NCBI GenBank assembly: GCA_964016885.1
Contig: OZ024744.1
Location: 4,030,001-4,094,000 of the forward strand
Length of the DNA stretch: 64,000 nucleotides
From: Eledone cirrhosa
Taxonomy: Eukaryota
Direction of reading: 5' to 3'
Notes under the pieces: model-generated
Seen by the model: only the letters and a program-made list of their open reading frames with translations
Told to the model about the DNA's origin: nothing
Database searches by the model: none
Program-made: the position numbers and the translations under genes
Shown: positions 54,041 to 64,000 of the stretch, in pieces
Layout of the letters: every line of letters begins with the position of its first letter
Position numbering within the stretch: position 1 is the stretch's first letter

Positions 54041-57000
54041 AAGGTAGAGAAAGATAGCTTGGTGAAGAACGAAGTTTTGGGGAAGACAATGTAGAGAAAG
54101 ATAGCTTGGTGAAGAACGAAGTTTTGGGGGAAGACAAGGTAGAGAAAGATAGCTTGGTGAAGAACGAAGGTTTGAGGGAAGACAAGGTAGAGAAAGATAG
54201 CTTGGTGAATAACGAAGTTTTGGGAGAAGACAAGGTAGAGAAAGATAGCTTGGTGAAGAACGACTTTTTGAGGGAAGACAAGGTAGAGAAAGATAGCTTG
54301 GTGAAGAACGAAGTTTTGGGGAAGACAATGTAGAGAAAGATATCTTGGTGAAGAACGAAGTTTTGACGGAAGACAAGGTAGAGAAAGATAGCTTGGTGAA
54401 GAATGACGTTTTGTGGGAAGACAAGGTAGAGAAAGATAGCTTGGTGAAGAACGACGTTTTGTGGGAAGACAAGGTAGAGAAAGATAGCTTGGTGAAGAAC
54501 GAAGTTTTGTGGGAAGACAAGGTAGAGAAAGATAGCTTGGTGAAGAACGAAGTTTTGGGGGAAGACAAGGTAGAGAAAGATAGCTTGGTGAAGAACGAAG
54601 TTTTGGGGGAAGACGAGGTAGAGAAAGATAGCTTGGTGAACAACGAAGTTTTGGGGGAAGACAAGGTAGAGAAAGATAGCTTGGTGAAGAACGAAGTTTT
54701 GGGGAAGACAATGTAGAGAAAGATAGCTTGGTGAAGAACGAAGTTTTGGGGGAAGACAAGGTAGAGAAAGATAGCTTGGTGAAGAACGAAGTTCTGAGGG
54801 AAGACAAGGTAGAGAAAGATAGCTTGGTGAAGAACGACGTTTTGTGGGAAGACAAGGTAGAGAAAGATATCTTGGTGAAGAACGAAGTTTTGACGGAAGA
54901 CAAGGTAGAGAAAGATAGCTTGCGAAGAACGAAGTTTTGGGGGAAGACAAGGTAGAGAAAGATAGCTTGGTGAAGAATGACGTTTTGTGGGAAGACAAGG
55001 TAGAGAAAGATAGCTTGGTGAAGAACGAAGTTTTGAGGGAAGACAAGGTAGAGAAAGATAGCTTGGTGAATAACGAAGTTTTGGGGGAAGACAAGGTCGA
55101 AAAATATAGCTTGGTGAAGAACGAAGTTTTGAGGGAAGACAAGGTAGAGAAAGATAGCTTGGTGAAGAACGAAGTTTTGGGGGAAGACAAGGTAGAGAAA
55201 GATAGCTTGGTGAAGAACGAAGTTTTGAGGGAAGACAAGGTAGAGAAAGATAGCTTGGTGAAGAACGACGTTTTGTGGGAAGACAAGGTAGAGAAAGATA
55301 GCTTGGTGAAGAACGAAGTTTTGGGGGAAGACAAGGTAGAGAAAGATAGCTTGGTGAAGAACGAAGTTTTGAGGGAAGACAAAGTAGAGAAAGATAGCTT
55401 GGTGAAGAACGAAGTTTTGTGGGAGGACAAGGTAGAGAAAGATAGCTTGGAGAAGAACGAAGTTTTGGGGGAAGACAAGGTAGATAAAGATAGCTTGGTG
55501 AAGAACGAAGTTTTGGTGGAAGACGAGGTAGAGAAAGATAGCTTGGTGAACAACGAAGTTTTGGGGGAAGACAAGGTAGAGAAAGATAGCTTGGTGAAGA
55601 ACGAAGTTTTGGGGAAGACAATGTAGAGAAAGATAGCTTGGTGAAGAACGAAGTTTTGGGGGAAGACAAGGTAGAGAAAGATAGCTTGGTGAAGAACGAC
55701 GTTTTGAGGGAAGACAAGGTAGAGAAAGATAGCTTGGTGAAGAACGAAGTTTTGAAGGAAGACAAGGTAGAGAAAGATAGCTTGGTGAAGAATGACGTTT
55801 TGTGGGAAGACAAGGTAGAGAAAGATAGCTTGGTGAAGAACGAAGTTTTGAGGGAAGACAAGGTAGAGAAAGATAGCTTGGTGAATAACGAAGTTTTGGG
55901 GGAAGACAAGGTCGAAAAAGATAGCTTGGTGAAGAACGAAGTTTTGAGGGAAGACAAGGTAGAGAAAGATAGCTTGGTGAAGAACGAAGTTTTGGGGGAA
56001 GACAAGGTAGAGAAAGATAGCTTGGTGAAGAACGAAGTTTTGAGGGAAGACAAGGTAGCGAAAGATAGCTTGGTGAATAACGAAGTTTTGGGGGAAGACA
56101 AGGTAGAGAAAGATAGCTTGGTGAATAACGAAGTTTTGGGAGAAGACAAGGTCGAGAAAGATAGCTTGGTGAAGAACGAAATTTTGAGGGAAGACAAGGT
56201 AGAGAAAGATAGCTTGGTGAAGAACGACGTTTTGAGGGAAGACAAGGTAGAGAAAGATAGCTTGGTGAAGAACGAAGTTTTGAAGGAAGACAAGGTAGAG
56301 AAAGATAGCTTGGTGAAGAATGACGTTTTGTGGGAAGACAAGGTAGAGAAAGATAGCTTGGTGAAGAACGAAGTTTTGAGGGAAGACAAGGTAGAGAAAG
56401 ATAGCTTGGTGAATAACGAAGTTTTGGGGGAAGACAAGGTCGAAAAAGATAGCTTGGTGAAGAACGAAGTTTTGAGGGAAGACAAGGTAGAGAAAGATAG
56501 CTTGGTGAAGAACGAAGTTTTGGGGAAGATAAGGTAGAGAAAGATAGCTAGGTGAAGAACGAAGTTTTGAGGGAAGACAAGGTAGAGAAAGATAGCTTGG
56601 TGAAGAACGACGTTTTGTGGGAAGACAAGGTAGAGAAAGATAGCTTGGGGAAGAACGAAGTTTTGGGGGAAGACAAGGTAGAGAAAGATAGCTTGGTGAA
56701 GTACGAAGTTTTGGGGGAAGACGAGGTAGAGAAAGATAGCTTGGTGAACAACGAAGTTTTGGGGGAAGACAAGGTAGAGAAAGATAGCTTGGTGAAGAAC
56801 GAAGTTTTGGGGAAGACAATGTAGAGAAAGATAGCTTGGTGAAGAACGAAGTTTTGGGGGAAGACAAGGTAGAGAAAGATAGCTTGGTGAAGAACGACTT
56901 TTTGAGGGAAGACAAGGTAGAGAAAGATAGCTTGGTGAAGAACGAAGTTTTGGGGAAGACAATGTAGAGAAAGATATCTTGGTGAAGAACGAAGTTTTGA

Positions 57001-60000
57001 CGGAAGACAAGGTAGAGAAAGATAGCTTGGTGAAGAATGACGTTTTGTGGGAAGACAAGGTAGAGAAAGATAGCTTGGTGAAGAACGACGTTTTGTGGGA
57101 AGACAAGGTAGAGAAAGATAGCTTGGTGAAGAACGAAGTTTTGTGGGAAGACAAGGTAGAGAAAGATAGCTTGGTGAAGAACGAAGTTTTGGGGGAAGAC
57201 AAGGTAGAGAAAGATAGCTTGGTGAAGAACGAAGTTTTGGGGGAAGACGAGGTAGAGAAAGATAGCTTGGTGAACAACGAAGTTTTGGGGGAAGACAAGG
57301 TAGAGAAAGATAGCTTGGTGAATAACGAAGTTTTGGGAGAAGACAAGGTAGAGAAAGATAGCTTGGTGAAGAACGATGTTTTGAGGGAAGACAAGGTAGA
57401 GAAAGATAGCTTGGTGAAGAACGACGTTTTGAGGGAAGACAAGGTAGAGAAAGATAGCTTGGTGAAGAACGACGTTTTGTGGGAAGACAAGGTAGAGAAA
57501 GATAGCTTGGTGAAGAACGAAGTTTTGGGGGAAGACAAGGTAGAGAAAGATAGCTTGCGAAGAACGAAGTTTTGGGGGAAGACAAGGTAGAGAAAGATAG
57601 CTTGGTGAAGAACGAAGTTTTGGGGGAAGACAAGGTAGAGAAAGATAGCTTGGTGAAGAACGACGTTTTGAGGGAAGACGAGGTAGAGAAAGATAGCTTG
57701 GTGAAGAACGAAGTTTTGAGGGAAGACAAGCTAGAGAAACATAGCTTGGTGAAGAACGATGTTTTGAGGGAAGACAAGGTAGAAAAAGATAGCTTGGTGA
57801 AGAACGACGTTTTGAGGGAAGACAAGGTAGAGAAAGATAGCTTGGTGAAGAACGACGTTTTGTGGGAAGACAAGGTAGAGAAAGATAGCTTGGTGAAGAA
57901 CGAAGTTTTGGGGGAAGACAAGGTAGAGAAAGATAGCTTGGTGAAGAACGAAGTTTTGGGGGAAGACAAGGTAGAGAAAGAGAGCTTGGTGAAGAACGAC
58001 GTTTTGATGAAAGACAAGGTAGAGAAAGATAGCTTGGTGTAGAACGAAGTTTTGGGGAAGACAATGTAGAGAAAGATAGCTTGGTGAAGAACGAAGTTTT
58101 GGGGGAAGACAAGGTAGAGAAAGATAGCTTGGTGAAGAACGAAGTTCTGGGGGAAGACAAGGTATAGAAAGATAGCTTGGTGAAGAACGAAGTTTTGGGA
58201 GAAGACAAGGTAGAGAAAGATATCTTGGTGAAGAACGAAGTTTTGACGGAAGACAAGGTAGAGAAAGATAGCTTGGTGAAGAATGACGTTTTGTGGGAAG
58301 ACAAGGTAGAGAAAGATAGCTTGGTGAAGAACGAAGTTTTGTGTGAAGACAAGGTAGAGAAAGATAGCTTGGTGAAGAACGAAGTTTTGGGGGAAGACAA
58401 GGCAGAGAAAGATAGATTGGTGAAGAACGAAGTTTTGAGGGATGACAAGGTAGCGAAAGATAGCTTGGTGAATAACGAAGTTTTGGGGGAAGACAAGGTA
58501 GAGAAAGATAGCTTGGTGAATAACGAAGTTTTGGGAGAAGACAAGGTCGAGAAAGATAGCTTGGTGAAGAACGAAATTTTGAGGGAAGACAAGGTAGAGA
58601 AAGATAGCTTGGTGAAGAACGACGTTTTGAGGGAAGACAAAATAGAGAAAGATAGGTTGGTGAAGAACGACGTTTTGCGGGATGACAAGGTAGAGAAAGA
58701 TGACTTGGTGAAGAACGAAGTTTTGGGGGAAGACAAGGTAGAGAAAGATAGCTTGGTGAAGAACGACGTTTTGAGGGAAGACAAGGTAGAGAAAGATAGC
58801 TTGGTGAAGAACGAAGTTTTGGGGAAGACAATGTAGAGAAAGATAGCTTGGTGAAGAACGAAGTTTTGGGGGAAGACAAGGTAGAGAAAGATAGCTTGGT
58901 GAAGAACGGAGTTCTGAGGGAAGACAAGGTAGAGAAAGATAGCTTGGTGAAGAACGACGTTTTGTGGGAAGACAAGGTAGAGAAAGATATCTTGGTGAAG
59001 AACGAAGTTTTGACGGAAGACAAGGTAGAGAAAGATAGCTTGCGAAGAACGAAGTTTTGGGGGAAGACAAGGTAGAGAAAGATAGCTTGGTGAAGAACGA
59101 AGTTTTGTGGGAGGACAAGGTAGAGAAAGATAGCTTGGTGAAGAATGACGTTTTGTGGGAAGACAAGGTAGAGAAAGATAGCTTGGTGAAGAACGAAGTT
59201 TTGAGGGAAGACAAGGTAGAGAAAGATAGCTTGGTGAATAACGAAGTTTTGGGGGAAGACAAGGTCGAAAAAGATAGCTTGGTGAAGAACGAAGTTTTGA
59301 GGGAAGACAAGGTAGAGAAAGATAGCTTGGTGAAGAACGAAGTTTTGGGGAAGACAAGGTAGAGAAAGATAGCTTGGTGAAGAACGAAGTTTTGAGGGAA
59401 GACAAGGTAGAGAAAGATAGCTTGGTGAAGAACGACGTTTTGTGGGAAGACAAGGTAGAGAAAGATAGCTTGGTGAAGAACGAAGTTTTGTGGGAAGACA
59501 AGGTAGAGAAAGATAGCTTGGTGAAGAACGAAGTTTTGGGGGAAGACAAGGTAGAGAAAGATAGCTTGGTGAAGAACGAAGTTTTGGGGGAAGACGAGGT
59601 AGAGAAAGATAGCTTGGTGAACAACGAAGTTTTGGGGGAAGACAAGGTAGAGAAAGATAGCTTGGTGAAGAACGAAGTTTTGGGGAAGACAATGTAGAGA
59701 AAGATAGCTTGGTGAAGAACGAAGTTTTGTGGGAAGACAAGGTAGAGAAAGATAGCTTGGTGAAGAACGAAGGTTTGAGGGAAGACAAGGTAGAGAAAGA
59801 TAGCTTGGGGAATAACGAAGTTTTGGGAGAAGACAAGGTAGAGAAAGATAGCTTGGTGAAGAACGACTTTTTGAGGGAAGACAAGGTAGAGAAAGATAGC
59901 TTGGTGAAGAACGAAGTTTTGGGGAAGACAATGTAGAGAAAGATATCTTGGTGAAGAACGAAGTTTTGACGGAAGACAAGGTAGAGAAAGATAGCTTGGT

Positions 60001-62350
60001 GAAGAACGAAGTTTTGGGGGAAGACAAGTTAGAGAAAGATAGCTTGGTGAAGAACGAAGTTTTGGGGAAAGACGAGGTAGAGAAAGATAGCTTGGTGAAC
60101 AACGAAGTTTTGGGGGAAGACAAGGTAGAGAAAGATAGCTTGGTGAATAACGAAGTTTTGGGAGAAGACAAGGTAGAGAAAGATAGCTTGGTGAAGAACG
60201 ATGTTTTGAGGGAAGACAAGGTAGAGAAAGATAGCTTGGTGAAGAACGACGTTTTGAGGGAAGACAAGGTAGAGAAAGATAGCTTGGTGAAGAACGACGT
60301 TTTGTGGGAAGACAAGGTAGAGAAAGATAGCTTGGTGAAGAACGAAGTTTTGGGGAAGACAATGTAGAGAAAGATAGCTTGGTGAAGAACGAAGTTTTGG
60401 GGGAAGACAAGGTAGAGAAAGATAGCTTGGTGAAGAACGAAGGTTTGAGGGAAGACAAGGTAGAGAAAGATAGCTTGGTGAATAACGAAGTTTTGGGAGA
60501 AGACAAGGTAGAGAAAGATAGCTTGGTGAAGAACGACTTTTTGAGGGAAGACAAGGTAGAGAAAGATAGCTTGGTGAAGAACGAAGTTTTGGGGAAGACA
60601 ATGTAGAGAAAGATATCTTGGTGAAGAACGAAGTTTTGACGGAAGACAAGGTAGAGAAAGATAGCTTGGTGAAGAATGACGTTTTGTGGGAAGACAAGGT
60701 AGAGAAAGATAGCTTGGTGAAGAACGACGTTTTGTGGGAAGACAAGGTAGAGAAAGATAGCTTGGTGAAGAACGAAGTTTTGTGGGAAGACAAGGTAGAG
60801 AAAGATAGCTTGGTGAAGAACGAAGTTTTGGGGGAAGACAAGGTAGAGAAAGATAGCTTGGTGAAGAACGAAGTTTTGGGGGAAGACGAGGTAGAGAAAG
60901 ATAGCTTGGTGAACAACGAAGTTTTGGGGGAAGACAAGGTAGAGAAAGATAGCTTGGTGAAGAACGAAGTTTTGGGGAAGACAATGTAGAGAAAGATAGC
61001 TTGGTGAAGAACGAAGTTTTGGGGGAAGACAAGGTAGAGAAAGATAGCTTGGTGAAGAACGAAGTTCTGAGGGAAGACAAGGTAGAGAAAGATAGCTTGG
61101 TGAAGAACGACGTTTTGTGGGAAGACAAGGTAGAGAAAGATATCTTGGTGAAGAACGAAGTTTTGACGGAAGACAAGGTAGAGAAAGATAGCTTGCGAAG
61201 AACGAAGTTTTGGGGGAAGACAAGGTAGAGAAAGATAGCTTGGTGAAGAATGACGTTTTGTGGGAAGACAAGGTAGAGAAAGATAGCTTGGTGAAGAACG
61301 AAGTTTTGAGGGAAGACAAGGTAGAGAAAGATAGCTTGGTGAATAACGAAGTTTTGGGGGAAGACAAGGTCGAAAAATATAGCTTGGTGAAGAACGAAGT
61401 TTTGAGGGAAGACAAGGTAGAGAAAGATAGCTTGGTGAAGAACGAAGTTTTGGGGGAAGACAAGGTAGAGAAAGATAGCTTGGTGAAGAACGAAGTTTTG
61501 AGGGAAGACAAGGTAGAGAAAGATAGCTTGGTGAAGAACGACGTTTTGTGGGAAGACAAGGTAGAGAAAGATAGCTTGGTGAAGAACGAAGTTTTGGGGG
61601 AAGACAAGGTAGAGAAAGATAGCTTGGTGAAGAACGAAGTTTTGAGGGAAGACAAAGTAGAGAAAGATAGCTTGGTGAAGAACGAAGTTTTGTGGGAGGA
61701 CAAGGTAGAGAAAGATAGCTTGGAGAAGAACGAAGTTTTGGGGGAAGACAAGGTAGATAAAGATAGCTTGGTGAAGAACGAAGTTTTGGTGGAAGACGAG
61801 GTAGAGAAAGATAGCTTGGTGAACAACGAAGTTTTGGGGGAAGACAAGGTAGAGAAAGATAGCTTGGTGAAGAACGAAGTTTTGGGGAAGACAATGTAGA
61901 GAAAGATAGCTTGGTGAAGAACGAAGTTTTGGGGGAAGACAAGGTAGAGAAAGATAGCTTGGTGAAGAACGACGTTTTGAGGGAAGACAAGGTAGAGAAA
62001 GATAGCTTGGTGAAGAACGAAGTTTTGAAGGAAGACAAGGTAGAGAAAGATAGCTTGGTGAAGAATGACGTTTTGTGGGAAGACAAGGTAGAGAAAGATA
62101 GCTTGGTGAAGAACGAAGTTTTGAGGGAAGACAAGGTAGAGAAAGATAGCTTGGTGAATAACGAAGTTTTGGGGGAAGACAAGGTCGAAAAAGATAGCTT
62201 GGTGAAGAACGAAGTTTTGAGGGAAGACAAGGTAGAGAAAGATAGCTTGGTGAAGAACGAAGTTTTGGGGGAAGACAAGGTAGAGAAAGATAGCTTGGTG
62301 AAGAACGAAGTTTTGAGGGAAGACAAGGTAGCGAAAGATAGCTTGGTGAA
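51280..62350 (+). repeat. Duplication ~51280-56080 to ~57460-62350 (offset 6177, then 6273 after a two-monomer indel)
   Basis: ORF pairs 51395/57572 through 53771/59948 differ by 6177. Pairs 54106/60379, 54937/61210 and 55638/61911 differ by 6273. Confidence 0.88.
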
Positions 62351-64000
62351 TAACGAAGTTTTGGGGGAAGACAAGGTCGAAAAAGATAGCTTGGTGAAGA
62401 ACGAAGTTTTGAGGGAAGACAAGGTAGAGAAAGATAGCTTGGTGAAGAACGAAGTTTTGGGGGAAGACAAGGTAGAGAAAGATAGCTTGGTGAAGAACGA
62501 AGTTTTGAGGGAAGACAAGGTAGCGAAAGATAGCTTGGTGAATAACGAAGTTTTGGGGGAAGACAAGGTAGAGAAAGATAGCTTGGTGAATAACGAAGTT
62601 TTGGGAGAAGACAAGGTCGAGAAAGATAGCTTGGTGAAGAACGAAATTTTGAGGGAAGACAAGGTAGAGAAAGATAGCTTGGTGAATAACGAAGTTTTGG
62701 GAGAAGACAAGGTCGAGAAAGATAGCTTGGTGAAGAACGAAATTTTGAGGGAAGACAAGGTAGAGAAAGATAGCTTGGTGAAGAACGACGTTTTGAGGGA
62801 AGACAAAATAGAGAAAGATAGGTTGGTGAAGAACGACGTTTTGCGGGATGACAAGGTAGAGAAAGATGACTTGGTGAAGAACGAAGTTTTGGGGGAAGAC
62901 AAGGTAGAGAAAGATAGCTTGGTGAAGAACGACGTTTTGAGGGAAGACAAGGTAGAGAAAGATAGCTTGGTGAAGAACGAAGTTTTGGGGAAGACAATGT
63001 AGAGAAAGATAGCTTGGTGAAGAACGAAGTTTTGGGGGAAGACAAGGTAGAGAAAGATAGCTTGGTGAAGAACGGAGTTCTGAGGGAAGACAAGGTAGAG
63101 AAAGATAGCTTGGTGAAGAACGACGTTTTGTGGGAAGACAAGGTAGAGAAAGATATCTTGGTGAAGAACGAAGTTTTGACGGAAGACAAGGTAGAGAAAG
63201 ATAGCTTGCGAAGAACGAAGTTTTGGGGGAAGACAAGGTAGAGAAAGATAGCTTGGTGAAGAACGAAGTTTTGTGGGAGGACAAGGTAGAGAAAGATAGC
63301 TTGGTGAAGAATGACGTTTTGTGGGAAGACAAGGTAGAGAAAGATAGCTTGGTGAAGAACGAAGTTTTGAGGGAAGACAAGGTAGAGAAAGATAGCTTGG
63401 TGAATAACGAAGTTTTGGGGGAAGACAAGGTCGAAAAAGATAGCTTGGTGAAGAACGAAGTTTTGAGGGAAGACAAGGTAGAGAAAGATAGCTTGGTGAA
63501 GAACGAAGTTTTGGGGAAGACAAGGTAGAGAAAGATAGCTTGGTGAAGAACGAAGTTTTGAGGGAAGACAAGGTAGAGAAAGATAGCTTGGTGAAGAACG
63601 ACGTTTTGTGGGAAGACAAGGTAGAGAAAGATAGCTTGGTGAAGAACGAAGTTTTGTGGGAAGACAAGGTAGAGAAAGATAGCTTGGTGAAGAACGAAGT
63701 TTTGGGGGAAGACAAGGTAGAGAAAGATAGCTTGGTGAAGAACGAAGTTTTGGGGGAAGACGAGGTAGAGAAAGATAGCTTGGTGAACAACGAAGTTTTG
63801 GGGGAAGACAAGGTAGAGAAAGATAGCTTGGTGAAGAACGAAGTTTTGGGGAAGACAATGTAGAGAAAGATAGCTTGGTGAAGAACGAAGTTTTGTGGGA
63901 AGACAAGGTAGAGAAAGATAGCTTGGTGAAGAACGAAGGTTTGAGGGAAGACAAGGTAGAGAAAGATAGCTTGGGGAATAACGAAGTTTTGGGAGAAGAC

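Larger units (their letters stand above)
1..64000 (+). repeat. 48-bp tandem satellite array (~1,335 monomers, head-to-tail, one orientation, extends beyond both window ends)
   Basis: GAAGACAAGGTAGAGAAAGATAGCTTGGTGAAGAACGAAGTTTTG(G/A/T)GG recurs with 48-bp (occasionally 47-bp) period on every line from 1 to 64000. All + ORFs translate to (EDKVEKDSLVKNEVLx)n. Confidence 0.99.

Noticed and set aside
148-63863. More than 100 short + strand ORFs of (EDKVEKDSLVKNEVLx)n as an operon or gene family
   Set aside because: Their starts are just the TTG/GTG present in every monomer and their ends are frameshift or nonsense variants. There are no unique domains, signal peptides or intergenic sequence.
355-63954. 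Giant minus-strand ORFs (up to 7289 aa at 22152-44021, 4863 aa, 4484 aa)
   Set aside because: The monomer has no minus-strand stop in any frame. The ORFs overlap in all three frames, switch peptide type at each 1-nt deletion and end only at rare point variants.
1-64000. CRISPR array, or a diversity-generating or antigenic-variation cassette array
   Set aside because: There are no unique spacers, as variable positions are only 1-3 nt. The repeat is not palindromic, and no cas, reverse transcriptase, recombinase or expression locus is present in the window.
1-64000. G-quadruplex, hairpin or terminator structures
   Set aside because: G-runs of 3 or more are about 48 nt apart, too far for canonical G4 loops, and with only 3 C per monomer there is little self-complementarity.
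1-64000. Pure sequencing artefact (rolling-circle concatemer or random read error)
   Set aside because: Variants form linked haplotypes in conserved order with hierarchical, position-dependent sharing, which random error or a single circular template would not produce. Local mis-assembly of copy number remains possible.
1-64000. Assignment to a named satellite family, organism or centromere
   Set aside because: I do not recognise the monomer, I saw no CENP-B box or other diagnostic motif, and assignment needs a database search and ChIP or FISH data.

Overview
The whole 64-kb window is one uninterrupted, single-orientation tandem array of a 48-bp monomer, consensus GAAGACAAGGTAGAGAAAGATAGCTTGGTGAAGAACGAAGTTTTGGGG. 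That is about 1,335 copies (64000/48), and the array runs off both ends. I saw no unique sequence, transposon, RNA gene or credible intact gene. The monomer is strongly strand-asymmetric (18 A, 18 G, 9 T, 3 C) and reads openly in one + frame as EDKVEKDSLVKNEVLG. It lacks TTA, CTA and TCA, so all three minus frames are also open, which explains the giant minus-strand ORFs as artefacts. The + frame is broken roughly every 1-27 monomers by recurrent 47-bp variants, and nonsense variants have been copied along with duplications, so the array is best described as satellite DNA, possibly born from a coding repeat. Its real information lies in the order of diagnostic monomer variants. These form conserved multi-monomer modules, nested duplications with offsets from about 0.6 to 22 kb, left-versus-right variant layers, chimeric monomers marking crossover or conversion points, and CpG-decay variants. 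Block boundaries are approximate (about one monomer) because they were read by eye. I could not support a novel protein-coding system.
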